Shown here in pieces: positions 1-13,004 of a stretch of DNA of 64,000 nucleotides. The DNA comes from Podarcis melisellensis. Taxonomy: Eukaryota. Location of the stretch: NCBI GenBank assembly GCA_964234715.1, contig OZ174282.1. One strand, 5' to 3'. Under the pieces are notes generated by a model that was not told the origin of the DNA, did no database searches, and was given only the letters and a program-made list of their open reading frames with translations. Position 1 is the first letter of the stretch. Each line of letters starts with the position of its first letter. The position numbers and the translations under genes are program-made.

Positions 1-138
1 ATCTTATGAGGTAGGTTAGGCTGAGAGGCCATGTCTGGCCCAAGGTCACCCTGGTGAGCTTCATGGCTGAGTGGGGGATCTGAACTCTGGTCTTCCAGGT
101 TCTAGTCTGACACTCTTGACCACTGCACCATCCTGGCT
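1..138 (-). mobile_element. Squam3/MIR(Ther1)-type SINE, 5' half (cut by window edge)
   Basis: Reverse complement shows tRNA-like head and CORE-like GGGTGACCTTGGGCCAG...TCTCAGCCTAACCTACCTCA. Confidence 0.75.
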
Positions 139-1174
139 CTACAATACACACCTGGGTGCATACAGATGGTTGTCAAACATCCTCAGAACTTGACCCAAGA
201 AGGTGCTTTCCAAACCACAGCCCTTGACAATGTCAAGCCAGCATTGGACCAATGCAGAAGTTCAACCCTGGATCATGTAAAGTAAGGAAGATAGTATCCC
301 TGAGCACGTGCAGATCATATTTCCTACTTCCACCCCCCTGCAATCAAACTCCAGATATGTGTCCAACTTGAGAGAGGACAGTCCATGATCTGAAGGCCAC
401 TCCCGTCCAACTTTGGTTTATAGGATAAAGACTCCTATGAAGGGAGAGCGCTGGGGGCAGGGAGGCAAAACTAGAAGTTGCCCATCAACAGGGAGCACCT
501 GGAGAGTGGACTGAGCCAGCACACACAACTCAGCTTCTCATGGTGTTTCCCACCATTTTAAGATGTACAGCATTTCTTACTAAATTAGGGTAAGCATTTC
601 TAAATCTACAGCCATACATTTAAGTTCCTATACACCTTTTGGTTTTGGCTTTTGCAAGTCTGTGCCATATTTTCTCTTCATTTTGAGGATGCATTTCCAT
701 TGGGGGTGGTGATGCATAAGTGGCCACCCTAACCTGGGATGCAATCACGGGCTCAAACATTTGTGGAACAGAGTCAGTCAGTTCAAGGCCAGTGGGGGCC
801 TTGGTGACATCTCCTGATTTAGGAATGAAGCACTATGAGGATCTAAAAGCCAGACCATGTACTGGAAGAGGATGGTGGGATAGATGTTCCTTCAGCATTC
901 CACTCACTGGTGTCCTTACACAGGCTGCTTCTACATGGGCTACCCAGTGGCCCACAAGACTCCCATCAAGTTTCAGAGACCACATTGCAGGCTGTGGCAA
1001 TCAAAAGGTGGTTCTGGTGTTTGCATGGCATTGAGAGGGGTGCTCTTGGAAAGCTCTCCTTCCACATCAACCCATTCTCTGTTTTGCTTTTTTGCTTTTT
1101 ACTTTATTTTATTTGAGGTACAGAGGTTGGTACAGACATGGCCAGGTCATTCACAAGATCGAGTTTGATCTGGG

Positions 1175-1390
1175 TGAGCCCAGCACAGTGGTTGAAATGC
1201 TGGACTAGGACTGGGGAGAGCCAAGATCTCCCCACTTCCACTGTGAAGCTCAATGGGCAACCTTGGCCTAGTGACCTGATGTTTTAGCCTCACCTACCTT
1301 GCAGGGTTGTTGTGCAGGTAAAGGGAGGAAAGTGGCACAATCTGTCTCCTTTTGCTCCATGGAGGGAAGGTGAGATAGAAACATAATAAA
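1175..1390 (+). mobile_element. Squam3/MIR-type SINE, diverged
   Basis: CAGTGGTT...TGGACTAGGACTGGGGAGA head, CCTTGGCCTAGT, AGCCTCACCTACCTTGCAGGGTTGTTGTG core, A-rich tail. Confidence 0.7.
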
Positions 1391-2024
1391 GTGCAAAGGC
1401 ACAGCTTTACAGTGCAATACTAGATGTGCCTGCTACTCAGAACAGAAGTGAATCCCACTGAGTTCAAGGGAGCTTACCTCCGGCTGAATGGGTACAAAAG
1501 GTGAATGGGAGTGACTAGTCATGCACAAAGCAATTTGTTCATTTGCCCTGATTGTTTGAATGAAAGAACAAGTTAGAGTGCAATTGCAATCCTATACACT
1601 CTTCCCCAGACTCCATGGGGCTCACTTCTGAGCAGCCATATATAAGCTTGGACTGTCTATCTACCATTTGTACTGGTAGGTTTGTACACATTTGCAATGA
1701 CAAGGGCATATTTTATTTGGCTTCTTCTAGAACTGCGAAAAACACAATATGATGGAAACTCATCTCATTGTCACAGTGCTTAGTTCCTAAAAACCACCAT
1801 GAACAAACAGGTGCTGGCATTCAAACAAGCTAACAGCTTGCTAATCAAAATAATCTCCCTCCAACCCTAGGTTCATGGCAGCCAGCAGTCCCTGTCCACT
1901 CTCTGTACATGCTCAGAAGAATTCTCTTATTTGGCACTGTAAAGAAACATGCAGGAATTGAGCATCCTGGATCCTCTCTGCTGCCCCCAAACCAACTTCC
2001 AGCACTTTAAATGTATTTATGCGC

Positions 2025-2068
2025 TAAGATATTACACTGCACCTTAAGATATTACACTGCACCTTAAG
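2025..2068. repeat. Tandem duplication of a 20-bp unit (TAAGATATTACACTGCACCT x2.2)
   Basis: Perfect direct repeat read from sequence. Confidence 0.95.
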
Positions 2069-3369
2069 GTGTCACATAGCCAAAAAGTCACAAATGCCCA
2101 ACCACAAAAAGAACAAAAGGGCACACAGAATTGCATAAAATATGTATATGCTTATAGGTATGTCTAGATGCAAATTTATAAAGAATTACTATGATTGAAA
2201 TAGAAATACAATACATCTCACCAGGGTGGGCTGGGCTGGGAAGGCTGTGAGAAGGTGACTAGCTGAGTGCCTGTCTGCCACCCAGGTACCCACTGAAGAT
2301 GGGGAACGTCAAGACTCCCTCCTGCTCTCCCTTCTTGGGGTTCCTTATCTTCAAAGTGGACTTGGACTGGACACAGCCCTTCCAATAGAAGATGCTTTGA
2401 GACAGAGGACTTTCCCCTGGCTGCTCTGCAAAGTAGGACCCTATCCCACCTGTGTGATCTAAGGTTACTGATGCATCTTCCCAGGCAAATTATGTGGTTC
2501 CTTAAACACAACCAGAAGCCACCAAGAAAAAGGGTTAAAAAGAGGGACACCCATAGAGAAAAAGAAGAGGAGGAACAGCTCAGATCAAATGCAGCTTCTC
2601 TGCTCAGCAGATGATCAGATCTATCTTCACTTTTTATTTTTTACAGATGAATCCAAGAGATGGAAAGGGGGAGGGAGAAGAGGAAAGATGAGGTATTAAC
2701 TCCTCACCTCCCAGCAACCTCACATCCTCAGAGCCACAGGGTGGGGGGGGAGGGAGGGGTCTCTAAGCATCTCTGAGAACCCCCTTCCTGGTAGACTTCA
2801 GCAGCACAAGTCAAGCTCCTCTTGGTGCCATACTCAAGAGCCTGAGCTCCTCCAAGAACTCACACACTTCTATGGCAAGGGGGCAGATGGAAGGGTTGGT
2901 CTACTTTCTTGCAGAGGTCTGAGAGAGATGACACAAATAGCTGGAATATTTCAGGGGTGCGTGAGAGACGCATCCCCTGGCTCTGCTCTTTTAACTCCTG
3001 CAAAGTCTCCTTCCCTTTTTTTTGCTGGGAGACTGAATGAAAAAGTTCACCAGACTGCACAGAGCAACTCATTTTCCCCCCTTCCTGCCAAAATACTGAT
3101 GCAACTTTTTTTTATTGCAGAATGCAGAAAGAGAGAGACAGAGAGAAGGAGGATAATAACAACTGCACCACAATTTGTAAAAAAATAATACAATAAATAA
3201 ATAACTCTGAGAGCAAAAGCTGGAAGATCTGAGGACAGAACCCCAAACCTCACATATGGGGGGAGGGAATGAGCTGCAATTTCAGCCCCTACTGTACTCC
3301 TCTCTCACACACACATACAACCACACAGAGCATTTCCACTGCACCAGAGACAAAGGGAAGGAGGCTTAC

Positions 3370-3516
3370 CTCATTATAGAGTTGCAGAGTGCTGCAAGGC
3401 TGAGCCTTTTGAGGGACTGGCCTGGGAGGGGGAGGCTGGTAGCAGCTCTGGAAAGGCAAAGGCAGGCAGACGGGCAAATCCAGTGAGCGCCTTGCGCTGT
3501 GCAGTTGCTTAGTAAT
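3370..3516 (-). other. Candidate spliced exon (147 bp) of an unidentified gene, possibly carrying the start codon (ATG AG|)
   Basis: Minus strand: acceptor TTTCTCTTTTCCTCCGCAG at 3517, donor GAG|GTAAGC at 3370/3369, ATG at 3374-3372 with A at -3; repeat-free, CpG-retaining context. Confidence 0.45.
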
Positions 3517-3962
3517 CTGCGGAGGAAAAGAGAAATGTTTCATGACTGACCACAGGCACGGAGGGAGCCTCTCCTCGCAGGCAGCGCACGCCTCCTCTCC
3601 GCTGCACCAGCCAGTAGCAAACAGAAGTCAAGGCTCCAGGAGGAGAAGGAGGCAGCAGCAGCAGCAGCACCAGGCACAGCCCAGAGTGAAAGAAGGCAGG
3701 CAGAGAGAGACAGAGAGTCCAGAAGTGGCAGGGCCAAGGTGTGTGGGAACATCTCACCCTTTGGGAAGGAATGGAAGCGAGGGATGGAAGGCCTCTGTCC
3801 AGTCTGGCTCTCACTGTTCCTCATTCTCTCTCCCGCCCCCCAGTTAGTTATCCACACTTCAGCAGCAATTCACGAAGACCTTGCTTGCTTTGATTTTTGA
3901 AACCCTCTTGACAATTCATCAGCACGCAAGTGCAAATTTCTGAGAATTGCAGCTGGACTCAA

Positions 3963-4066
3963 CTAGCCCAGCATCCTGTTCTCACCAGGTGCCATAATAG
4001 GAAGCCCAGAAGCAGGATCCAAGCACAACAGCAGCATTCTGCCTACCTGTGATTCCCAGCAACTGG
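3963..4066 (-). mobile_element. CR1 LINE 3' UTR fragment
   Basis: CAGCATCCTGTTCTCAC...AAGCAGGA...CCCAGCAACTGG shared with other CR1 copies in the window. Confidence 0.7.
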
Positions 4067-4084
4067 GAACAATTCCCAATAAAC

Positions 4085-4340
4085 ACACAGCTCTCTGAAT
4101 ATGCATGTTTTTGTATGCTGTTTGGACTAAAGTACACATTTTGGCAAGCACCCCCCATATAATGCATTTTTGCATGTTATTCTCACCCAAACAGGCATCT
4201 GTGTGCACATTTCCTCCTAATGCATGCATCTTTGGACACATACATTAGTTGGAGAACTCCAATGAGACATCAGGAGAAGAGGAAATTTCAAAGGATAGCC
4301 ATTTCAGTTCAGGTCTTGGTTTGAGAAGTGCAAATCAGTA
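4085..4340. mobile_element. Old non-autonomous DNA transposon fragment (TAGGGATG-ended hAT-Ac-like family)
   Basis: AATGCATTTTTGCA/TAATGCATGC-rich body similar to 30090-30573 and 60915-61220. Confidence 0.5.
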
Positions 4341-5714
4341 CTAATCTAAAATACAGTGAACAATACGTGTGCAGTTATGCCAAGCAGCTAGTCCTCAAAA
4401 CGAACACCGCACAAACAACTCTATTTTGCGTGCACAATGAACATTGGTGGCCAACAAAGAATACGTCTGGTTAAAAAGCATTCAGTGTTTTGAATAATCA
4501 AGTTGCCTTTGTAAAGGATGCAATTTCACCTGTACTATAACTGTCTAGCATGGAGGATTAATCAGGATTGCACCCCTCCCCCCAGGGTTTGGGCACTGTT
4601 CCTCTCTTGGCTCAGTAAAGCAGTGTCCCAGTATTTGTTTTGTTTGTTTTTTTAATCCAGGATTGAGCCCAGGAATATGAAATGCAATGATAAAGGAAAG
4701 TGTCTCTGGGCATATGCAGAATTCATTTCCCATCACTGATGAGTAAACACAGACAATTTCCCATAGACCCAGGAAAAGGATGCTCATTTTCCAGGTCACA
4801 AGGCAGGTTTCACCTTTAGTGCTTCGCATTTTAAAAGGAGCAATCACCTCTTCTCAATTTACACCAAAATAAAGAAGGTGGGAGGGACAGACACAGGCTG
4901 GCCTCCTTTGAACAAACCACACAGTGTGTTTGCCTGGCTGAAACAAAACCCTGCTCTGGGTTTTCCACTGTGAAAAGGAGGAAGAATATTAGCAGACTGA
5001 AGGTACCCACTTCCTAGTGGAAAGAGAGATGCTGATCGTTTGAAACCCCCACATGGGGCAATACAAATCTCCATAGGATGCGATCAAATTCCTTCTCAGA
5101 TGCTAGTTATTTATGTAGCCCCATAAATGCAGACAGTTATTTGCCATCTAATCTTGACAATCAAGTGGAATTTCAATAAAAGTCTTAGACAGGATAAAGA
5201 GCCCAGCCAACCAGCTCTTCCAAGGGGAAAGGCTTCCCCTCTGTGTCTATACGTTTATTACCAGAGATAACTGCAATATGATTTGGGGGAGGGTGACGAG
5301 GGCTTGGGTTTTGTCGTTTGTAATATCAGGGCTGGGATGACTTTTAGCTTTGTTTGTAATAAAACATGTGTGGTTTCTAATAGCTCACATTTATCTTCTA
5401 GTTTAGGCGGCCTCAGAAGCAACCAAACATTGCTGAGTTGTAGTGTCATCCCAACAGGCAACCAAGAAACACACACATTGTGCAAACCCGTCTGTTAAAG
5501 GCCCCTCACTTCTGACCACTCACTGATCTCTTCCCAAGCCAGCTATACATTAACCCTGCACGTCTTGGCTCAAAGGCTTTTTCTCACTGGAAGCAGTCAG
5601 AGGAGGTAAACCAACTGTACTGCTTCAGACTGCTCTTTTATATCAAGAAATCTCTCTAAGCAGAAGGAGAGGTCAGTACACCAGCTGTAGACATTCCTGG
5701 ATGACAGGGGCAGC

Positions 5715-5922
5715 TTGGCCTCAGGAACCCATGCTCAGATAACCTCATGGCTACACTACTGCAATGTACTTTATGTGGGGCTACCCTTGAAGAAGGTTTG
5801 GAAGCTGCAGCTGGTGCAGAAAGTTGTGGCCCAGCTATGAAGTGGGGCAGAATGCTGGAATTGCATTTCACTTATTCTGAAAGCCTTGCACTGGCAGCCT
5901 GTGTGCGACTGAGCCAAGTTCA
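5715..5922 (+). mobile_element. L2 LINE ORF2 fragment (decayed)
   Basis: Translates to [30 protein letters not shown], resembling the L2 post-RT motif (SRLDYCNxLxxGLP...KLQxVQN). Confidence 0.8.
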
Positions 5923-6290
5923 AGAAGTACCTAATATACATTTCCGTCTCACCCTGGACCATTTTCTTCAGTACACAGAATTCTGTGTGTATGTATGTGT
6001 ATGTATACACACACACAATCACACACACTTCACACATAAACACATACTGCACATTGTTAAGACCGGTCAGTGGAACACTTTAATTGTTTAACAAAAAATA
6101 TTTACATTTTACAGGCATGCTGGGGAGGGGAGAGAGAAGAAAAGCAAGGGGTCTAATCTTAAAACCTCTGTGGAATTTTTCCCAAATTAGGAGGTGCATT
6201 TTGACAACCAGTTCTTCTCCCGGTTGTCTGCCAAAGACATTTTTGGCCGCTGCTTCCACCATACACTGAAATGCAAATCTTGTGCATTAC

Positions 6291-6510
6291 TTTTATTTAT
6301 TACATTTATACCTTGCCTTTCCTCCAAGGAACCAAAGACCTTTTTATTACAATTGCATACATGACTCCCTGCTTCTCTATTTTATCTTCACAAGAGCCCT
6401 GTGAAGTAGGTTAGGCTGAGGAGATGGTAGCAGCCCAAGGTCAGGCAATGAGCTTCACTGTGCCGGGGGGGGGGGCGGTGAACTTGGGTCTTGTCCATCC
6501 TAATCCAACA
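6291..6510 (-). mobile_element. Squam3/MIR-type SINE
   Basis: TTTATTT tail, CCCTGTGAAGTAGGTTAGGCTGAG, CCCAAGGTCA; same family as 1-138. Confidence 0.7.
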
Positions 6511-7974
6511 TGCTGGGCACTGCTTTCCACTCCAGTCACTAAACCACCCTGACTCTAAAGGTCTCATGCAGTGTGCATGATGTGCACAGATGAACATGAG
6601 CATGACTTTTAAGGCAGACCATTCACTTGGCAATGCACACACTCCTGTCCTCAGCCCAGAGGTAAGAAGATCCACATTGAAGTGGGCTGGAGTCAAGCAG
6701 TGTTCACTTAGGGCTTCTCCAGATGGCCGGTTTGTTGATTTGCTTGCATAAAATAGGTGGAGGCTAGGCTGTCTCCAGTCTTTATTGAGCTTTCATTCAC
6801 CTCCTCCCCGCCATTTCTTTTAAAATTGTATTTACTGGAAATCAAAATAGTGTATACAATGTATCCCAAATCACCAAATGCTGTCAATAAATTCAGCCTG
6901 AATGAATCCCACACTTTATATAGCTTGCCTAGATAGGAAGAAAAATAAATGAAAGAGAAATAAAATAATTAATGAAAGATAAAACTGACAAATAAGACTG
7001 CTAACATGTTATGTAGGTTTGAGACTGAATTTCAAATCATCACGAAGTAAACATCAATCCATGCCAATTTCCCATTTTGTTCATGGTATTTGCCGTAAAT
7101 AATAATGGGCTATAAAACCCATAAGGTAATTGTAAATGCTTCAAGATGCTTATATTTGTATGCTATTAGTTAAAGAACTAGTCTTAAGTTTTCTGGTTCA
7201 GAAAACTTGTAAAATTATTTGCTTTTAAAACCCATATATAATGGAGTTTGACTTCATTGCATCTTAACTTTATCCCTCATTTCTTCTCCTTGCTAACAAC
7301 CTTCCTGGTGCATTCATTGAGCTTTCGTACTGGAATTTTTGTTGTTTGCAGGGCAGTTATATGGCAGCAAGCAGTCGTCCTAATTTGCTTGACTAGCATT
7401 ATACATATTTCGAGCCATCATTTGTCCCAGATTTGCATTGTGTTTTCTTGTCACATTTTTAACCACAAATGATCCACTTTAATCCATTTTAATCCCAGTT
7501 TAATCCATTTTAATTGTGCAACCCTTAAGTTGTGGAATGTACTTAATTCCCTCCTGCAAAAAACCTGGAGGCCACAGTAATGGGCCCTCTCAATCTGGAA
7601 GGTATGAGGTGTGCAAACTGAGAATTCTGCCTTGGACCTTTTGGGGCTACTACAATGAAGGTACTGTTTGGGCAGGAGCACTTGGCTGGTGTTGGGTCCC
7701 CTGCAAATGCCCAGCTTTGCCACCCTTGGGAGCGAACCCTGAGCAGATCAAAAGAAAACCGCTGGAGCAAGATTGTATGAGACCAGTGCATAGCACTGCT
7801 GCCATGCCTTTTGGAGAGGATGCAAAAGCTCACAGCAGATAGATGGTTTCCTCAATGGACACCCCAGTGCTGATGAGCAATGCAAGGTCTGTGGCAAAGC
7901 ATGGGCTTCATTTATTCTAAAAAGAAAATGTTTCTGAGTTTTCCCTATCAACTAGTCCCTGACCCTCCTAACTG

Positions 7975-8160
7975 GAGTGCTTTTCCCCACTTGTGATTCC
8001 TAGCAACTGGTATTTAGAGGCTTCCTGCCTCCACCCATGGAGGGAACATCAGAAGAACATCACAGCTGGATCAGACCAAAGGCTTCTCTCTAGTCCAGCA
8101 TTCTGTTCCCACCGCAGCAAACCAGATTTCTCTTGTGGGGAAGAGACAAGCAGGGACTGA
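7975..8160 (-). mobile_element. CR1 3' UTR fragments (two pieces)
   Basis: TCCTAGCAACTGGTATTTAGAGG and CTGGATCAGACCAAAGG...TAGTCCAGCATTCTGTT motifs. Confidence 0.65.
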
Positions 8161-9679
8161 GGGCAGTGGCTGACCTACGCTAGTCCCTGGTTGGGTAGCA
8201 GCATCCTGCACCAGCTGTAATGTTTAAACCTCCATCCCTTGTGGGCAGTGCCACACAGAATGCATTATAGGAGTCTGATTTAGAAGTTCACAAGGCCTCC
8301 ACAGTAGCCTTGCCGGACTGAGAGGTGGGAGCAACCAGGCAAACTCATCCCCCAGAAATCGCCAAGAAGGGTACCTACACATTTTGCTTCATAACTTTCT
8401 TTCTAGGAGGGCTTTTTATACTTTAAAAATGAAGAAAAAGAAAGCTCAACACCTGTGCCATCTGCTAGTTCTGGATCTGGTTCATCAGTAGCCCCTGTAT
8501 CTGCCTCTCAGAGGACCTGGCTACTCCAAGTCACAGTAGACTATACTGAGTTAAAAAGGGGAGCAGTCTGCCTTCCTACAACACAGCTTCATAACAAAAA
8601 TGGGACCATCATATCAAGTTCTCAGCCAGGAGGACTTGCAAAGTTTGACCCAAGACCTGGTGTTTCTTCCTCTCCTCCCTTTCATCCCATACAACCACTG
8701 TTCTAAATGATACATTCCATTTTAAATCCACATTTAAATAAAAAATAATATGCACAAAGCAAAGCTGGAGCTGGATTAAATAAACATAAAAATGTCTTGC
8801 TCTCTTTCCACCACCTGATAAGCAGCAGCCAGATTCCCTCCAATGGAGAGCCCTTTTGCACAGCCCTTGAGAGCAAATACAGCAACAGCATCTCTTCCCA
8901 GCTTCTCATAGACATTCAATCTGGGAATCCTGTTAATGAAAGGAAAACAGTGCGAGACTGAGGAGCAGAGGCCTGGGGTGTGGTAATTTAAGAAGGCCGG
9001 GCTGGCGGCATGAATGGAAGCTTTCACTGTGGTCCAGAGAAAGCCGGTGGCACACAAGCTTGTGGAATTCAAAGACTCCTGCACATCCAAACCGGGCAGC
9101 AGAATCCATTAACACTCCAGGAATAAGGAGACAGAACTTTCCTTTAATTAGCAGGCTCAGCCTCTCGTGGGGGGGGGGCAGGCCACGCTCCTCTCAGCAC
9201 CCGCAAGCAGACAGTGCTGTCATGGGAGATGAAAGGGTGCAGCACAGATATCTGTTGACAAGTTGACAAAAATCTTGACAAATTGGAAAGGAGTTGTATG
9301 GGGGGAGGGACTACGAAAATGATTATTGAAGGCTGAGTCTAGGGGGAAATGCTAAAGGAAAAGGAGGAATCACTTTGCCCTGGAAGAAGGTTTAGGAGGA
9401 GGTGGATGCAGGACAGTTTTCAGATCTTTGGGAAGGACCCCAGGAGGACAATCTGCATGCATTGCCCACCTCTCTTCCACCGAAAATCCAACACTGGAAA
9501 GGTTGCATATGAATCATGCTTAGGGGTCAATTTGCCCCCTCCCCCCTTTATGTGTGCTTTGCTCCCTTGCCATTTACCCCTGCTTCTTTTGTCAACAGCT
9601 GACCTGCACATACAACTGTATTGGACCCTTAGAAAGGAACTTGGAAAACTACCTTGGGAAACAAGCCAGACCGCTTGTC

Positions 9680-9812
9680 AATTGAGCTCAGTATTATCTG
9701 CACTGACTGAAAGCAGCTCTCCAGGGTTTCAGGCAGTGGATAATCCAAGTCGAACCAGGGACTGAACCTGGGATGTTCTGGATGCAAGGCAGATGCTCTA
9801 CTACTGAGCTAC
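9680..9812 (-). mobile_element. Squam2-type tRNA-derived SINE
   Basis: Reverse of TAGCTCAGTAGTAGAGCATCTGC...CCAGGTTCAGTCCC...TGAAACCCTGGAGAGCTGC...AATACTGAGCT. Confidence 0.8.
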
Positions 9813-9862
9813 TATCTGTGGCATTTGTATGCCTCTTTCCACTGTTTGCAGTTCTTCTACTC

Positions 9863-10095
9863 CAGGGGTCAGCAAACTTTTTCAGCAGGGGGCAGGTCCA
9901 CTGTCCCTCAGACCTTGTGGGGGGGCGGACTATATTTTTTGGGGGGTGCCCCACAAATAACCCAGAGATGTATTTTAAATAAAAATACACATTCTACTCA
10001 TGTAAAAACACGGTGATTCCCAGGCCATCCACAGGCCAGATTTAGAAGCCAATTGGGCTGGATACGGCCCTCAGGCCTTAGTTTGCCTACCCATG
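9863..10095. mobile_element. Non-autonomous hAT (Charlie-like) MITE, complete
   Basis: TIRs CAGGGGTCAGCAAACT / AGTTTGCCTACCCATG; 8-bp TSD TTCTACTC / CTCTACTC. Confidence 0.85.
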
Positions 10096-10277
10096 CTCTA
10101 CTCTTTATGTCTGTGTCACAGCACTCCTTACAACAGCTTTGTGAGGTTGACTGGCATTATTTTACCCACCTAGAGATGTTGAGGCCAAGGTGAGACTCCA
10201 GGCAGGAGACTTGCCAGATCACAGCTCATGTACAACCCTATCTGCTTAAGGAAGACCTTTCTACTTATTAAAGAGAT

Positions 10278-10485
10278 GCACAGTGCTGTAATGGCTAGGG
10301 CATCAGACTAGAATTGAGGTGACCCATTCAAATCTGCACTCAGCCAAATTATGTTCTTTATGTGACTTTGGTCACTTTTTAACATACCTTGCAGGCTTGT
10401 TGTGAGGACAGAAATTGGTAGGAGGGGTGAAGTGTCTCAGAGGATGTTGTCCTGAGTGTCTCAGAGGAAAGGCAAAATGTAAATG
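10278..10485 (+). mobile_element. Squam3/MIR-type SINE, diverged
   Basis: TGTAATGGCTAGGGCATCAGACTAG head, GTGACTTTGG, TACCTTGCAGGCTTGTTGTGAGGA core. Confidence 0.6.
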
Positions 10486-11084
10486 CAAGATTCTGTCAAA
10501 TACCATCAGTACCATCCACTATTGCCACATATCAAGATACATCCAGACATGGGATATTGAGGTTGATCAGCATAAGTTTGGGAATCACAAGAATTTCCAG
10601 AAAATATTAGGAGAATATCCATCTTATGAATTTGCAATTGGCGAATCAGAGAAGCCTTTCAGGGAGCAATTCCATTTCAGCAGTCCGCACAGATGTCTCC
10701 AGCCTGTCCATTTCAAGCAGAGTCATTCCTCCTTCCATTAGAATGAATGAGGAAAAATCAGAGCTGTATGTGACCGTCTGAACATTCAAAGTTCCCTTAT
10801 GATATACATACAAGACTTATGTAAGGATGGTCCTATCAAGAGACAGAGTGAGGCAGCCGTCTCATGCAGCAGGGACAGAGAGGCAGAGAGAGATCCGTGT
10901 CCTGCACCACCTAAGATAGCCTCCTGCCCTCAGGTGCAGTCTCCTCCTTGCTACCATCACTGCAACCCATCCGCTTTCCCTCTGTCTCTGGCCCCAATCC
11001 ACACAACTACCCAGGAGAGTGAAAGATAAGGGGATAAAAATGCTCCCTTTCTTCACTCTGGTCTCTGGGCGGGAGGTGAATAGG

Positions 11085-11225
11085 CAGCAACTGCATGCAG
11101 AAGATCTCAGGTTCAATCCCCAACAGCATCTCCAAGTAGGACTGGGGAAAATGTCTGCCAGTCAGTGTGGCCAATACTGAGCTCAAAGGACCAGTGGTCT
11201 GACTAAGCACGATGCAGTTTCCTAG
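11085..11225 (+). mobile_element. Squam2-type SINE
   Basis: TGCATGCAGAAGATCTCAGGTTCAATCCC (box B)...TGCCAGTCAGTGT...AATACTGAGCT...GGTCTGACT. Confidence 0.8.
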
Positions 11226-12007
11226 GTAGCAGCAGCGTAAGGGCTTGGGGGATCTGGAGTCAGTGGTGGGCCCCTGAAGTGTTGGGGGGCCTGGCAGGTG
11301 CCTGGCAGTACCAAAAAGTGGTGATGGCTCAGTCTTGGGACCTACTTCAATGCAAAGTAGGTGCTCTGCCGCCAAGCTACACTCATATCACCAGGCAAGC
11401 ATGTCTATATTTAAGACAATTTTTTTCAAAATTCAGCATTTGCTTGCAACATTTCTCAAGATCTGACAATCTGATGGTGAAGAACTGGGTGAAATATGCA
11501 TCTCTGTTCCTTTGATGAAGAGGAAAAGCTCCCCCATTTCTAAACGGGCAAAGCCAAACTATTCTCCATCTTCCTCCCCTCCCCCTCTCCTATAATTCTG
11601 TCTCCAAGGGATAACTTAACAGTTACTTTCCTGCCAGTTCCGTCCAGCTGATTTAACAGCCTCCTTAGCAAGCAGCCTCTCTGCTTCTCAATGCCAGCCT
11701 CTACGTATACTGCGCTGTTAAAACAACTGACTCATTATGCCCCTTGGTCACATTGTGAACAAGTCATTCTCTTAGCCATGCCTGTCTGTGTGCACCCTTT
11801 ATATATATATAAACAACACACACATATTTTTCACCCTTTTCCTTTCTATATATACTTCAGACGCACTTTGGCCCCCAACTGAGACATGAATAGCTACAGT
11901 GTACCGGATAGACTTTTACAGTTGCTCTCAAAATGCCTGCAGGAAATGAGGTGTGTGGAGGAAGGAATAAAGATCCCTTCAGTGTCTCCCTCTCTCTGAT
12001 TTTTACA

Positions 12008-12008
<1 letters not shown>

Positions 12009-12059
<51 letters not shown>
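12009..12059. repeat. (ATT)17 microsatellite
   Basis: Direct read. Confidence 0.97.
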
Positions 12060-12229
12060 TCTCAGTACACTTGTACAGAAATAAATTGTATGCCACCCAA
12101 TGTTGTCATTGCAGTGCAGGCAAATTTGACTTCTTCCTGTTTTGCATTTCAGAGGAAAATGATTCCTGAAAAATCGGTAGCATCATCACTGTCCCAAAGC
12201 TAGGCTGAAAACATTACCTGATTAGTTGG

Positions 12230-12460
12230 AAGGGATGGAGGGGAAATTTGATTCAGTGTGCATTTAAAGTCAACTCTATCAAATCTATACTTTGCTATGC
12301 TAACCGATACACAGCCATTCTTTGAAATTTGCCCTTATTCAGATTTTGAAAAAACAAAACAAAAACCACACAAATTGCTGCAAAATGGAGAGCACTGGAC
12401 TTAAGAATAGAAAAATAAGAAATGGAGAGAACTTAAACTGACAGAACCCTCCACCGCTGT
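12230..12460. mobile_element. Old TAGGGATG-ended hAT-Ac-like MITE
   Basis: AGGGATGG...AAATTTGATTCAGT left end; AAACTGACAGA right end shared with 30090-30573. Confidence 0.55.
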
Positions 12461-12614
12461 TAGTTGGTCAAAATGAACAATTAAAATCTGAAGGATGGTT
12501 TGTTGTTGTTGGGAAGATGAATATTAGTGAGCCCAGGGGGAGTGTTGATTCTATTGTAAAAGTATTGAGGTTCTGACATAGGGTGTGATTAGCACAAATA
12601 ATACTTATTCAGTA

Positions 12615-12749
12615 CAGTGGTACCTTGGTTCCCAAACTCAATCCATTCTGGAAGTCTGTTCAACTTACAAAATGTTCGCAAACAGGAACACTTACTTCCG
12701 GGTTTGCGGTGTTTGGGAGACGATTTGTTCTGGAACCAACGTACCACTG
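12615..12749. mobile_element. Tc1/mariner (Tigger/pogo-like) MITE, 135 bp
   Basis: TIRs CAGTGGTACCTTGGTTC / GAACCAACGTACCACTG, TA on both sides. Confidence 0.85.
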
Positions 12750-13004
12750 TAGTGGCATTCATCCTAGTGGCTCAGGGCAGCATCCTGTTCCACATCAGCA
12801 CCCATATTTTTGAGTTAATAAGTACTATTTCCACTGCTATTATTTAGTGGTCTTTTTTCTTTTAAAAATGTAAACTAAAGCAACTTAAGCAAACATTAAA
12901 AACAAATGTAGAAACAACCTAAAATGCTCACTAATCACATGTATGAAAGAGCAGATCCAACTCAACTCAACCCACTCCACTGAAAAAGAAACAGAAAGTT
13001 AAGG

